Shown piece by piece: positions 20,445-30,539 of a stretch of DNA of 59,487 nt (positions within the stretch are counted from its first letter, which is position 1; each line of letters starts with the position of its first letter). The position numbers were made by a program, and so were the translations under genes. Origin of the DNA: Deltaproteobacteria bacterium (GTDB taxonomy: Bacteria > Desulfobacterota > Deferrimicrobia > Deferrimicrobiales > Deferrimicrobiaceae); the NCBI GenBank assembly GCA_025356865.1, contig JANXQJ010000085.1, forward strand, positions 1 to 59,487. Reading direction: 5' to 3'. The notes under the pieces were generated by a model. That model saw only the letters and a program-made list of their open reading frames with translations, was not told the DNA's origin and ran no database searches.

Positions 20445-22757
20445 TTACGACTCGATCCGGAACGTCTGCATGATGCCGTCGAGTTCCTCCGCGCTGGCGG
20501 CGTTTTCCTGCGTGACCCGGTTCATCTCGACGACCGCCTTGTTGATCTGGTCGATCCCCTGCGACTGTTCCCGCGACGAAGCCGAAATCTCCTGCATGAG
20601 CGAAACCACCTTGGCGGAGCTTTCGCTGACCTGGCGGAACACTTCGTGGGTGACCTCGACCATGCTTTCCCCGTTCCGGATCTTAAGGGCGATGTCCTCC
20701 ATCAGGGCGGTAGTGTTCCGGGCCGCATCGGCCGCACGCAGCGCCAGATTGCGCACCTCGTCGGCGACGACGGCGAAGCCGAGCCCCGCCTCGCCCGCGC
20801 GTGCCGCCTCGACCGCCGCGTTGAGCGCCAGCAGGTTGGTCTGGAAGGCGATCTCGTCGATTCCCTTGACCAGGCTCTGGCTCTGCTCGCTCGCCCGGGC
20901 GATCTCGGTCATGGAGCGCGCCAGTTCTTCCATCGACTCGTAGGCCTTCTTCGTGACCGCGCTCGCCGCCACCATCAGGTTGTTGGCTTCGACGGTGTTG
21001 CCGGCGTTGTTCTTGACCATCGACGACATCTGCTCGAGCGACGTCGATGTGCTCTCGAGGGAGGCCGCCTGGTGGGTAACGCCGGTCGTCAGCTTTCGGG
21101 ACGTCTCGACCGAGTGGCCGACCGCCTCGCCCATCCGGAGCCGCATCGTGTTGACGGAGCGGGCGAGTTCCCCGATCTCGTCGTTCGAGACGCAGTGCAT
21201 CTCTTCCGTCAGGTCGCCCTCCGCGATCCGCCCGATGACCTCGATGGACTCCTTGAGGGGAATGGTGATCGACCGGCTCGTGACGACCCCGAGCAGCAGC
21301 GTGACGAGGATCACCAGCGACCCGACCCCGATCACCATCTGGACCGTCCGTTTCGACGCCCGGTTCAGCGACGCCACGACGTCGTCCTGGTTTGCACCCG
21401 CCTTCAGCACTTCCCGGTTGCTCTCCTCGAGGTATTTCCCCGCGATGTCGCGCATCCGGCCGTTGAGCGTGTCGAGTTCCTGGCTGCTCTTGAGGGCCGC
21501 CCTGACGCGGTCCGCCGCCCCCTCCTTGCCCGAAAAGGCGATTGAAACCGAGCCCATGGACGCCGAGTACGCGGAGACGGTGCGCATCTCCGCGGCATGG
21601 TTTCCTTTTCGCAGCAGATTCGTCAGTTCCTGCGCCGCCTTCCCCGCCTGGGTGAAGATCCCCTCGATGAGGGCGACCTGCCCGGTGAATTCCTTCGGAT
21701 CGCGGGCGTGGACGCTGTTGCTGACGTGCGTCCCGAGGGAAGAGCCGAGGAGCGAGAGGTTCGACGCCTGGGCGAGGATGTGGTTGGTCCCCTTGAAGGA
21801 GTCGATGTTCCGGGACATCTCGCCGCTGTTGCTCTTGAGCGTCGTGTCGGCGCGGGCGATCTCCTTCTCGAGCGTGGGGAGGATGTAGGAGAGTTCGTAG
21901 GTCAGTTCCTTGGCGCGCGCCTCGATCGTTTCCTTCTGCTTGTCGTCCTCGTCGCCGATGTTCTTGATCTGGAGGAAGGCAAGCCCGCGGGCTCCCGTCA
22001 CCCGCTCGTTGATGGAGCCGACCTTCTGCCCGATATCGCCCGCGACCGTGTCGACTCCCTTGAGATTCTTGAGCGCCTGGAGGATGTTGCCGATGGTCTT
22101 CGCCACGCTGTCCCGGAGGACCGCCACCGACCGCTTGTCGTTCGTCACGGGAATCTTGGTGATGAAGAAGTTGAGATCCTTGAAGCCGTCCCGGATGGCC
22201 ACCAGGTCCGCCTGTTGCCGGCTCGCCTGCATCATGCTGTCGACGCTCCCGATCATGCTTCCGGACGCCTTCTGCTGGAGGCTCCCGATCGAGGCGCCCA
22301 GCTGCCGCATGTTCCGGGACGATTCGTCCAGTTTTCCCTGGATGGCCGAGGAGGCGGCTTTTGCCGCCTCCTGCGCCTTGATCTTCCGTTCGGTGATCTC
22401 GAGGATCGACCGGGAAATTTCAGCGATCGAGCCGTCGACCGATCCGGTCTCGCCCTTCAGTTTCGCCATCGCCTCGTACGCCTTCCGGACGCGGTCGAGC
22501 GATTCCGTGGCGAGGGTGGAAGCCGCCCTGAATTCCTCGATCGTCCTCGAGGACGAGAGCGTCGAGAGGTTGGCGGCGTGCGCCTGGAGCTCGCGCTGCT
22601 GGTTCAGCGCCTTGAGCTGGTAGGGCGTCGTCTTCTGCGTCAGCGTGGCGATGTTGTCGTTGATCTTCCGCGTGCCGACCAGCGCCGCCCCGACGATGAT
22701 CACGATGGCGACCGACACCACCGCGACATTCATCGCCAGTTTCGTCTTGATATTCAT
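20445..22757 (-). CDS. Methyl-accepting chemotaxis protein with a large (~450 aa) periplasmic helical sensor domain
   Basis: N-terminal TM, a second TM at about residue 480, HAMP, and the conserved MCP hairpin ([41 protein letters not shown]). Confidence 0.9.
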   Translation of the reverse strand: MNIKTKLAMNVAVVSVAIVIIVGAALVGTRKINDNIATLTQKTTPYQLKALNQQRELQAHAANLSTLSSSRTIEEFRAASTLATESLDRVRKAYEAMAKLKGETGSVDGSIAEISRSILEITERKIKAQEAAKAASSAIQGKLDESSRNMRQLGASIGSLQQKASGSMIGSVDSMMQASRQQADLVAIRDGFKDLNFFITKIPVTNDKRSVAVLRDSVAKTIGNILQALKNLKGVDTVAGDIGQKVGSINERVTGARGLAFLQIKNIGDEDDKQKETIEARAKELTYELSYILPTLEKEIARADTTLKSNSGEMSRNIDSFKGTNHILAQASNLSLLGSSLGTHVSNSVHARDPKEFTGQVALIEGIFTQAGKAAQELTNLLRKGNHAAEMRTVSAYSASMGSVSIAFSGKEGAADRVRAALKSSQELDTLNGRMRDIAGKYLEESNREVLKAGANQDDVVASLNRASKRTVQMVIGVGSLVILVTLLLGVVTSRSITIPLKESIEVIGRIAEGDLTEEMHCVSNDEIGELARSVNTMRLRMGEAVGHSVETSRKLTTGVTHQAASLESTSTSLEQMSSMVKNNAGNTVEANNLMVAASAVTKKAYESMEELARSMTEIARASEQSQSLVKGIDEIAFQTNLLALNAAVEAARAGEAGLGFAVVADEVRNLALRAADAARNTTALMEDIALKIRNGESMVEVTHEVFRQVSESSAKVVSLMQEISASSREQSQGIDQINKAVVEMNRVTQENAASAEELDGIMQTFRIES

Positions 22758-22784
22758 CCAGCCCCCGTTCCCTGGTGTCCCGGT

Positions 22785-24062
22785 CTATTCCTCGAGTTCG
22801 GTGGTTGCGCCGACCTTGCTTCGGACGGCGCTCCAATCGGCCAGGGTGATGGCCGCATCCTCGCCCTTCATCGTATTGATCACGTCGTAATAGTCGAGCT
22901 GGTACTTCGATTTCTTGATGTCGTCGGCCTTCTTGATCTTGATCGCATAGACGGTCTGGACAGACTGGTGGTCGAACGCCCGCCACGTCTGCTCGTCCTT
23001 CAGGCCGATGTATTTGTACCCCTCGAGCGCCTTGATCACGGCCGCCGTGTCGAAGCTCTTCGCCCGCTCGACCGCCTCCTTGTACTGGTTCAGGATCACG
23101 TAGGCGGAAGCGCCCGAGGTCGACGGGTAGCGCTTGTGCTTCTCCTCGAAATTCGTCACGAACGCCTTGGCCTTGGGATTGTTTCCCTCGAGGGCGAGCT
23201 TCCAGTACCACGGGGTGGCGCTGAGCACCCCCTCCATCGCATCCGGCCCTGCCCCTTCGGCCATGTCGAGCGTCATGTTCGGGACGACGACCTGCATCTT
23301 CGCCTTGAGCCCGAGTTCGTGCGCCTGTTTCACGCCGTTTTCCATATCCTTTCCGAATAGGACAAGGACGAGGACGTCGGCGTTGGCCTGCTTCGCCAGC
23401 TCGAGGACGTTCTTGAAGTCGGTTGTCCCAAGCTTGGTCAGGATTCCGGGGTGCTTGTCCTTGTCGCCGGTGTCGGTGAACTGCCGGAACGCTTCCTCGG
23501 TGGTCCATCCCCAGGTGTAGTCGGCGGTGACGTAGAAGTATTTCTTCCCGCCGAAGTTCTTCTTGAGGTATTCCGCCTGCACCTTCGCCGCCATCCGGGA
23601 ATCGTAGCATTCGCGGAAGACGTACTTGTGCCCTTCCTCCCCCGTGGTCTCGGTCGAGTAGGTCAGCGTTCCGAAAAACAGTTTCTTTTTCGCCTTGGCG
23701 ACCTTTCCCGTCGCGATGGCGACTGCGCTCGAGGATCCCCCGAAGATCATCGGGACGCCTTCGGTGTCGAAGAGCTCGGTCGCGTTCGCCTTGGCGACGC
23801 CCGCATTGCTCTTCGTGTCCCGATAGACCAGCTGGACCTTCTTCCCGAGGATGCCGCCGGCCGCATTGATTTCTTCGAGGGCCATCTCGGCGCCCCGCTT
23901 CTGGTCGAGACCCTGCTTGGAATAAGGGCCTGTTTCCGGGTAGTTGAGGCCAATTTTAACCACTTCGTCTGCGGCGCCGGCCCGGAAGGCGATGCCGAAA
24001 CACGAAGCGGCCACGAAAGTCGCCACCAGCAATGCACTGAACGCCCTGCGTTTGAATCCCAT
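22785..24062 (-). CDS. Periplasmic solute-binding protein, Leu/Ile/Val-binding (Peripla_BP_6-like) family, with no cognate permease nearby
   Basis: A signal peptide follows the ATG at 24062 (MGFKRRAFSALLVATFVAASCFGIAFRAGAA). Type-I PBP pattern is present (VKIGLNYPETGPYSKQG...EINAAGGILGKKV). It ends 27 nt upstream of the MCP gene. Confidence 0.75.
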   Translation of the reverse strand: MGFKRRAFSALLVATFVAASCFGIAFRAGAADEVVKIGLNYPETGPYSKQGLDQKRGAEMALEEINAAGGILGKKVQLVYRDTKSNAGVAKANATELFDTEGVPMIFGGSSSAVAIATGKVAKAKKKLFFGTLTYSTETTGEEGHKYVFRECYDSRMAAKVQAEYLKKNFGGKKYFYVTADYTWGWTTEEAFRQFTDTGDKDKHPGILTKLGTTDFKNVLELAKQANADVLVLVLFGKDMENGVKQAHELGLKAKMQVVVPNMTLDMAEGAGPDAMEGVLSATPWYWKLALEGNNPKAKAFVTNFEEKHKRYPSTSGASAYVILNQYKEAVERAKSFDTAAVIKALEGYKYIGLKDEQTWRAFDHQSVQTVYAIKIKKADDIKKSKYQLDYYDVINTMKGEDAAITLADWSAVRSKVGATTELEE

Positions 24063-24256
24063 TTTGCCCAAACCCCCTTTTCGGTGAACGGGTTGAGTCG
24101 GAAGCCGATCGCGAACGGAAAACCGGCCGACGCGGAATTCCGCCGGGCTTCCCGGATGCCGGAAAACCCACATTCCTTATATCGGAAGTGCCGCAATAAA
24201 CTTTAGTTCTATTTGAGGGAATGCGGGTTGCGCTTCAGCGGTGGTATACTTTGAAG

Positions 24257-24592
24257 ATGATCCGGAAGTCGCTCCCAATCATCCTGCTTCTGTTGGTGCT
24301 CGCCCCCGCCCTGACCGGGTGGGCCGGCGATACCTGCTGTTCGGCCGACGCCTCCCGGTGCGGGACATCCTGCCCGGAGGGGAACACCCCGAATCCTGAC
24401 CCCGGCGCCGACAACCACGCCGACCCCGGGCACCAGCAGGGCGCTTGCGGCTGCGACTGCCACGCGTTGTGGATGAACCACCATCCGCTTTCGCCGGGCT
24501 CCGCGCCCCGCCTGGGCACGCTCGACCTGCAGGATTCCGAAGATCCATCGAACGCGCACCTTTCCGAGATATTCCGACCCCCCCTGGCCTGA
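24257..24592 (+). CDS. Small secreted Cys/His-rich protein (possible periplasmic metal-binding accessory of the efflux operon)
   Basis: Signal peptide MIRKSLPIILLLLVLAPALTGWAG, then CC...C...C...ACGCDCH...HH. An alternative ATG lies at 24221. No family was recognised. Confidence 0.5.
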   Translation: MIRKSLPIILLLLVLAPALTGWAGDTCCSADASRCGTSCPEGNTPNPDPGADNHADPGHQQGACGCDCHALWMNHHPLSPGSAPRLGTLDLQDSEDPSNAHLSEIFRPPLA

Positions 24593-24672
24593 TCCCCCGA
24601 ACGCACTCCCCGTTTTCCACAAAGGAACGTCCCATCTCGCGGCGGCCATACGCCCGCCGACGGAGGTCATCC

Positions 24673-25938
24673 GTGTCTGCACCGTTTTTCAGGCGAACGC
24701 GCACGCTTTGCGTCGCGATTTCGTCATTCCTGATCTCAACGATACCCCTTCCCGCGATCGCCATGGAGGCGGCCGGGGAGATCACGCTTAGCCAGGCGGT
24801 CGAGGCCGCGCTGGCGGGTCATCCGCGTCTCGCGGCGTTCGCGTTCGAGCGGCAGGCCGCCGAGGGGCGCACCCTGCAGTCGTCCAGGGCCCCCAACCCC
24901 GAGCTGGATTTCGAACTGGCGAACACGGGTGGCAGTTATCCGCTCCTCTCCCGGTCGGAAACGGCCGTGACGTACAGCCAGCCGCTCGAATGGGAAAAGA
25001 AGGCGGTGCGGGTTCGCCGCAGCGAAGCCGAGAGCGCCCTGCTCGGGCGGAACCAGCAAAGTACCCGCCTGAACGTGATCGCCGACGTGATGCGCGCCTT
25101 CGTCACGCTTCAGGGTGCGCAAAACAGGCTGGCGCTCGTGCGGGAGGCGCAGGTGCTGGCGGCCTCATTGAAAGGGATCGCCACCGAACGGGTTGCGGCG
25201 GGCGCGATCTCCCCGATCGAGGAAACCCGGGCCGCGGTGGCGCTCTCGCTGGCGGCGGCGGATGTTGCCCGGGCGGGGCGCACCGTCGAGGCGGCTCGGC
25301 GCGAATTGTCGACGGCCATCGGCGAGGCGAACCCCTCGTTTGCCTCGGCCGCCGGAGAACTTCCCGAAAACCTGGCCGTTCCGGACGTCGGCGACCTGGT
25401 TCCCCGGCTGGCCGGCAATCCGGACCTCGCGCGCTGGGATCTGGAGCGGGCCGTCCGGCAGGCCGCGCTCGACGTCGAGAAGTCGCTGGCGCGTCCGGAC
25501 GTGACGATTCGGGGCGGCGTCAAATTCCAGCGGGAGGATTCGCAGTTCTCCTTCCTGGCCGGATTCACGGTGCCGCTGGCGATCAACAACCGCAACGAAG
25601 GGGCGATCCGGGAAGCGCAGGCGAAACTCTCGGCAAACGACCTCGAGCGGCGCGAGGCGGATATCCGGCTGCGCGGGCAGCTCGGGGTGCGGCACGCCGC
25701 GATGGCGGCGGCGGCCCGCGAGGCGTCGACGCTCAAGGGCGAATCGCTCGCCGGTGCGCAAAACGCGTACGACGCGGTGAACGAAGGATACCGGCTGGGC
25801 AAGTTCCGCTATCTCGACGTGCTCGATGCCGCAAGGGTGCTCCTTGAGACACGCGTGCGGTACGTGGATGCGATCGTCGATCTCAATCTCGCGCGGGTCG
25901 ACGTAGAGCGTCTCGTCGCCCAGGACAGGAGCAAATGA
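24673..25938 (+). CDS. czcC: Outer-membrane efflux protein (CzcC/TolC family)
   Basis: GTG start at 24673 with a GGAGG 6 nt upstream and a signal-like N-terminus. OEP-type repeats are present. The stop overlaps the next start (ATGA). Confidence 0.8.
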   Translation: MSAPFFRRTRTLCVAISSFLISTIPLPAIAMEAAGEITLSQAVEAALAGHPRLAAFAFERQAAEGRTLQSSRAPNPELDFELANTGGSYPLLSRSETAVTYSQPLEWEKKAVRVRRSEAESALLGRNQQSTRLNVIADVMRAFVTLQGAQNRLALVREAQVLAASLKGIATERVAAGAISPIEETRAAVALSLAAADVARAGRTVEAARRELSTAIGEANPSFASAAGELPENLAVPDVGDLVPRLAGNPDLARWDLERAVRQAALDVEKSLARPDVTIRGGVKFQREDSQFSFLAGFTVPLAINNRNEGAIREAQAKLSANDLERREADIRLRGQLGVRHAAMAAAAREASTLKGESLAGAQNAYDAVNEGYRLGKFRYLDVLDAARVLLETRVRYVDAIVDLNLARVDVERLVAQDRSK

Positions 25939-27203
25939 TGAAGATGACTATATGGCTGGTTGCCGCATTCGCGGCAATGTTCGGGCTGAACGGATCGGCA
26001 TTGGCGGCGGAAAAGGAAGTCTCGGATCTCGACCGGTCGATCCGGGATCTCTGGGCGGCGAAGTGCGAACACAAGATGCCGCAGTACCAGTGCGACGAGT
26101 GCCGTTACGAGGTGGGCGTCGTCCGGGTCCCGGCATCGCTCCTGGGCGGGGGCGGAAAGGCGGCCCTCGTCGGCGTGACCACCGCGAAAGGGGCGGCGTT
26201 TGCCGCCTCGAGCACGTTTTCCGGCGAGGTGAGGCTGGCCGAAGGAAAGACGGTCCACGTCTCTTCCCCCCTTCCGGGCGTCATCCGGTCGGTGTCGGTC
26301 GACGTCGGTGCCGTGGTGAAGCCGGGCGACCCGATCTTCGAGATCGACAGCCACGAGGTGGCCGAGGCGAAGGGCGACGTCCTGAAAAAGGTGGCGGCGC
26401 GGGACCTGGCCCGGATCAACGCGGGGCGCGAGGCGCGGCTCTTCGAGAAGAAGATCTCGGCGGAGGTCGAGGTGCAGGAAGCGCAGGCGCGATTCGCGGA
26501 TGCGGAGGTCGATCTCTCGAACGCGCGGAGCCGGCTGGTCCGGATGGGCGTGCCCGAGGCCGATGTCGCGGCACTGGACCGGAAAAGTCCGGAGTTGCTG
26601 CGCGGGCTGCTGGTCGTCCGCGCGGCGCAGGGCGGCACCGTTCTGGAGCGTCATGCAAGCGTCGGCGAACGGGTCGAGCCGGGCAAGGATCTGCTCCTCC
26701 TCTCCGACCTCTCCGAGGTGTGGGTGTGGGTCGACATCCGCGGGAACGAACTGCCGGCATCGTTGAGAAACGGAGCGAAGGGGGCCACCTACCCCGCGGA
26801 GGTTTCGGCCGGCGGAAAATCTTATCGCGGGTCGCTGGACGTCGTATCGGGCGTGGTGAACGAGCAGACGCGCACCGTCAAAGCCCGGGTTGTGGTTCCG
26901 AATCCCGACGGCGCGCTGCGCCCGGGGATGTTCGTCTCGGTGCGCGTGCACCTCTCCGGCGGCGGAACCGGCTTGTCGGTGCCGCGGACCGCGGTCCTTT
27001 CGGATGCCGGCCGATCATTTGTCTTCGTCCACAAGGAAGGCGACTACTGGATCCGCCGACCCGTGAAACTCGGACGCGCTTCGGGTGACCGTGTCGAAAT
27101 CGCGAGCGGCATCCAGTCCGGCCAGAAGGTCGTCGCCGACGGCGCCTTCCTCCTCAAGTCCGACGTCCTGCGCGGCAAGATGGGCGCAGGGTGCGCAGAC
27201 TGA
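25935..27203 (+). CDS. czcB: RND efflux membrane-fusion protein (CzcB/CusB family)
   Basis: Signal/TM segment, an N-terminal Cys pair motif (CEHKMPQYQCDEC), a lipoyl/beta-barrel pattern, and C-terminal GDRVEIASGIQSGQKVV. Confidence 0.85.
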   Translation: MMKMTIWLVAAFAAMFGLNGSALAAEKEVSDLDRSIRDLWAAKCEHKMPQYQCDECRYEVGVVRVPASLLGGGGKAALVGVTTAKGAAFAASSTFSGEVRLAEGKTVHVSSPLPGVIRSVSVDVGAVVKPGDPIFEIDSHEVAEAKGDVLKKVAARDLARINAGREARLFEKKISAEVEVQEAQARFADAEVDLSNARSRLVRMGVPEADVAALDRKSPELLRGLLVVRAAQGGTVLERHASVGERVEPGKDLLLLSDLSEVWVWVDIRGNELPASLRNGAKGATYPAEVSAGGKSYRGSLDVVSGVVNEQTRTVKARVVVPNPDGALRPGMFVSVRVHLSGGGTGLSVPRTAVLSDAGRSFVFVHKEGDYWIRRPVKLGRASGDRVEIASGIQSGQKVVADGAFLLKSDVLRGKMGAGCAD

Positions 27204-27213
27204 AGCGCATCCC

Positions 27214-30200
27214 ATGAGAACCTTCATCGAGTTTCTGTTGCGGCGCCGGGCACTCGTCCTGGCGTTCATGTGCATCCTCATCGCGGGGGGCGTGGTCGCG
27301 TGGACGCGCCTCCCCATCGACGCGTTTCCCGACGTCACGAACGTGCAGGTCATGATCCTCTCCGAGGCGCCGGGCCTCTCCTCGGTCGACGTCGAACAAC
27401 AGGTCACCTGGCCGATCGAGCAGCAGATGGGCGGGATGCCGAAAGTCACTCAGGTCCGGTCGCTCTCGAAGGCCGGGCTTTCGCAGGTGATCGTCGTGTT
27501 CGGTGACGACGTCGACGCCTGGTTCGCCCGGCAGCAGGTGTTCGAGCGGCTTCAGGCGGCGAAGGAAGGGCTGCCGCCGGGCGTCAGCCCGGAACTGGGC
27601 CCGATCAGTACCGGGCTCGGCGAGATCTTCCAGTACACCCTCGAGGGCGACGGGATGTCGCCGATGGAACTCCGCACCATCCAGGACTTCATCGTGGCGC
27701 CGCAGCTCAAGCCGATCTCCGGCGTCAACGAGGTCAACAGCTTCGGCGGATTCGTGAAGCAGTACCAGGTACTCGTCCGGCCCGACGCGCTGCTGAAGTA
27801 CGACCTGTCGCTGCGGCAGGTGATCGAGGCGATCGGGAAGAACAACGCCAACGCCGCGGGCGGATTCATCGTGCGCGGCTGGGAGCAGACCTACATCCGC
27901 GGGGTGGGGCTCCTGACGGGGACCGAGGATATCGGCCGGGTCGTCCTCAAGTCGAGCGACGGCGTGCCGCTCCTCGTGCGCGACGTGGCCGACGTGGTGG
28001 CCGGCCCCCAGGCGCGCCAGGGCGCCGTGACGCGGGACGGCAAGGGAGAGGTGGTCGCCGGCATGGTCATCATGCTCCGAGGCGAAAACTCGAAGGACGT
28101 CGTCTCCCGCGTCAAGGAGGCGATCCCGAGGATCCGGAACAGCCTTCCCAAGGGCGCCCGGATCAACGTCTTCTACGACCGGACGTCGCTGATCGAGGCG
28201 TGCATCAAGACGGTCGTGGACGCGCTGATGGAGGGCGGGATCTTCGTCATCCTGATCCTGTTCCTCTTCCTGGCGGAGTTGCGGACGGCGCTGATCGTCG
28301 TTGTCTCGCTCCCGCTGACCTTCCTCGCCACCTTTCTCGTGATGGGTTGGGCGGGGCTCACCTCCAACCTGATGAGTCTCGGCGGGCTCGCGTTCTCCGT
28401 CGGGATGGTGGTCGACGCCTCGATCGTGATCGTGGAAAACGTCCGGCGACACTTCGCCGAGCACCGCGACCCGTCCATGAAGCGGCAGATTGCCGCGCGC
28501 GCGGTCATGGAGGTGGCGAAGCCCGTCGGCTTCTCGGTGCTGATCATCGGGATCGTCCTCGTGCCGCTGTTCACGTTGCAGGGGATCGAGGGAAAGATGT
28601 TCGCGCCGCTGGCGATGACGATGATCTTCGCGATGCTGACGTCGTTCGTGGTGGCGCTGACCATCGTGCCGGTCCTCTCCGAACTGTTCCTGAAGCAGGT
28701 CGAGGAGAGGCAGTTCGGATTCGTGAAGCGGTTTCACGCGGGGTACATGAAACTGCTCGGGGCCGCCGGCCGCCGGAAGTCGGTCACGCTGGGGCTCTCC
28801 CTCGCGTCGCTGGTGGTCGCAGGCGCCCTCTACACCCGGATCGGAACCGAGTTCATGCCGCCGCTCGACGAGGGGGCGCTCGCGGTCAACGTCGTCCGGC
28901 TCCCCAACGCGTCGCTCGAAGGGGCGGTGACGGTCTCCGACTTCATCGAGAAGCGGCTCAAGACGATCCCCGAGATCGAGACGGTCGTCAGCAAGACGGG
29001 GCGCGCCGAGATATCCGAAGACCCGATGGGGCCCGAGCAGACCGACGTCTTCATCATGCTCAAGCCGCGGAAGCAATGGACGAGCGTCTCGAACAAGGCC
29101 GAGCTGGTCGAGAAGATCCGGAAGGAGATGGCGGCGATCCCCGGTGTCCGCCTCTCCTTCTCGCAGCCGATCGCGCTCCGGGTCAACGAGCTGATCTCGG
29201 GGGTGAAGTCGGACCTCGCGGTCAAGGTGTACGGGGAGGACCTGGAGAAACTCAAGGGGTATGCCGACCGGATCGCCGGGGCGTTGTCCGCCGTCCGCGG
29301 CGCGAGCGACATCAAGGTCGAGCAGGTCTCGGGGATGGACCAGGTCGAGGTGACCTACGACCGGGCGGCGATGGCGAGGTACGGCATCAACGTGGCCGAC
29401 GTGAACGACCTGATCGAGACGGCGATCGCCGGGAAGGAGGCGACGCGCGTGGTCGACGGGCAGAAGCGGATCGCGACGGTCGTCCGCTTTCCCGCGGGGC
29501 CGAAAACCGATATCAGCGCGATCGGCGGTCTGCTGGTCCACGCCGAAGGCGGCGCGAGGATCCCGCTCGGGCAGCTCGCGAAGGTGTCGGTCGTGGAAGG
29601 GCCCGCACAGGTCGGGCGGGAACGGGGGATGCGGCGCGTGGCGGCCGAGGTCAATATCCGCGGGCGCGACCTGGGCGGTTTCGTCGGCGAGGTCAAGTCG
29701 AAACTCGCGGGAATCGAGAAGGAGCTGCCGCCCGGCTACTTCATCGAGTACGGCGGGCAGTTCGAGAACCAGCAGCGGGCGATGAAGCGGCTGGCGATCG
29801 TCGTGCCGGTCTCGCTGGTGCTGATCCTGATCCTGCTCTATCTCGCACTGGGCAACCTGCGCGACTCGCTCCTCGTGGTGCTCAACCTGCCGTTCGCGCT
29901 GGTCGGCGGGGTGATCGCGGTGTGGCTCTTCAAGATGAACCTGTCGGTGTCCGCGGCCGTCGCATTCATCGTCCTATTGGGGATCGCGGTCCAGAACGGG
30001 GTGGTCCTCGTCGCCTTCTTCCGGCAGTTGCGGGAGGATGGCAAGTCGGTCGAGGAGACGGTGCGGATCGGGTGCGACCTCCGGTTCCGGCCGCTCCTGA
30101 TGACGGCGCTGACCAGTTTCATCGGCCACCTGCCGATGCTGTACGCGACGGGCTCGGGGGCGGATATCCAGAAGCCGCTCGCCGTGGTCGTCATGGGCGG

Positions 30201-30297
30201 GCTGATCACGTCGACGCTGCTCACGCTGGTCGTGCTTCCGACGCTGTACGGGATGCTCGAGACGCGGTGGGAGAAGGCGCGTCGACGCGCCTTGTAG
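27214..30297 (+). CDS. czcA: Heavy-metal efflux RND permease (CzcA/CusA family)
   Basis: 1027-aa, 12-TM RND protein (IDAFPDVTNVQVMI, GGLAFSVGMVVDASIVIVENV). Metal specificity cannot be assigned by eye. Confidence 0.9.
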   Translation: MRTFIEFLLRRRALVLAFMCILIAGGVVAWTRLPIDAFPDVTNVQVMILSEAPGLSSVDVEQQVTWPIEQQMGGMPKVTQVRSLSKAGLSQVIVVFGDDVDAWFARQQVFERLQAAKEGLPPGVSPELGPISTGLGEIFQYTLEGDGMSPMELRTIQDFIVAPQLKPISGVNEVNSFGGFVKQYQVLVRPDALLKYDLSLRQVIEAIGKNNANAAGGFIVRGWEQTYIRGVGLLTGTEDIGRVVLKSSDGVPLLVRDVADVVAGPQARQGAVTRDGKGEVVAGMVIMLRGENSKDVVSRVKEAIPRIRNSLPKGARINVFYDRTSLIEACIKTVVDALMEGGIFVILILFLFLAELRTALIVVVSLPLTFLATFLVMGWAGLTSNLMSLGGLAFSVGMVVDASIVIVENVRRHFAEHRDPSMKRQIAARAVMEVAKPVGFSVLIIGIVLVPLFTLQGIEGKMFAPLAMTMIFAMLTSFVVALTIVPVLSELFLKQVEERQFGFVKRFHAGYMKLLGAAGRRKSVTLGLSLASLVVAGALYTRIGTEFMPPLDEGALAVNVVRLPNASLEGAVTVSDFIEKRLKTIPEIETVVSKTGRAEISEDPMGPEQTDVFIMLKPRKQWTSVSNKAELVEKIRKEMAAIPGVRLSFSQPIALRVNELISGVKSDLAVKVYGEDLEKLKGYADRIAGALSAVRGASDIKVEQVSGMDQVEVTYDRAAMARYGINVADVNDLIETAIAGKEATRVVDGQKRIATVVRFPAGPKTDISAIGGLLVHAEGGARIPLGQLAKVSVVEGPAQVGRERGMRRVAAEVNIRGRDLGGFVGEVKSKLAGIEKELPPGYFIEYGGQFENQQRAMKRLAIVVPVSLVLILILLYLALGNLRDSLLVVLNLPFALVGGVIAVWLFKMNLSVSAAVAFIVLLGIAVQNGVVLVAFFRQLREDGKSVEETVRIGCDLRFRPLLMTALTSFIGHLPMLYATGSGADIQKPLAVVVMGGLITSTLLTLVVLPTLYGMLETRWEKARRRAL

Positions 30298-30491
30298 ATC
30301 ATATCCACGGCCCGGTTGAACGAAATGATGTAATTGTCGGCCGACCCGGCGAGAAGCGGCAGGTGCCGACGCTTCGGCTCGACCAGGTTCGCGACAGGGT
30401 GGAGATCGGCGAAATCCGGATCGACGGGAATGCCGACGCTTCCGTGGACGTGCCCGGAATCAGCCGCGAACCGGCCGGGAAGTGACCCGCG

Positions 30492-30500
30492 TGGTATGAT
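30492..30500 (+). promoter_or_regulatory. Possible extended -10 promoter (TGgTATGAT) for the ubiD-ubiA-ubiX operon
   Basis: TG-n-TATGAT lies 40 nt upstream of the ATG at 30540. AAGGAG lies 9 nt upstream of the start. Confidence 0.35.
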
Positions 30501-30539
30501 TTCCACCGGTCATTTCACGAGACAAAGGAGTCCTTAAAG

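Noticed and set aside
24445-24672. Upstream extension of the czcC ORF that overlaps the small Cys/His-rich gene.
   Set aside because: The extension is Arg/Pro-rich junk. The GTG at 24673 has a GGAGG at the proper spacing and is followed by a signal-like segment.
30298-30506. Minus-strand ORF 29838-30506 with ...SGHVHGSVGIPVDP..., reminiscent of the C-terminus of a metallophosphoesterase.
   Set aside because: Only about 70 codons lie outside czcA, and there is no complete domain or credible start context. At most it is a gene relic, which cannot be supported without a database search.
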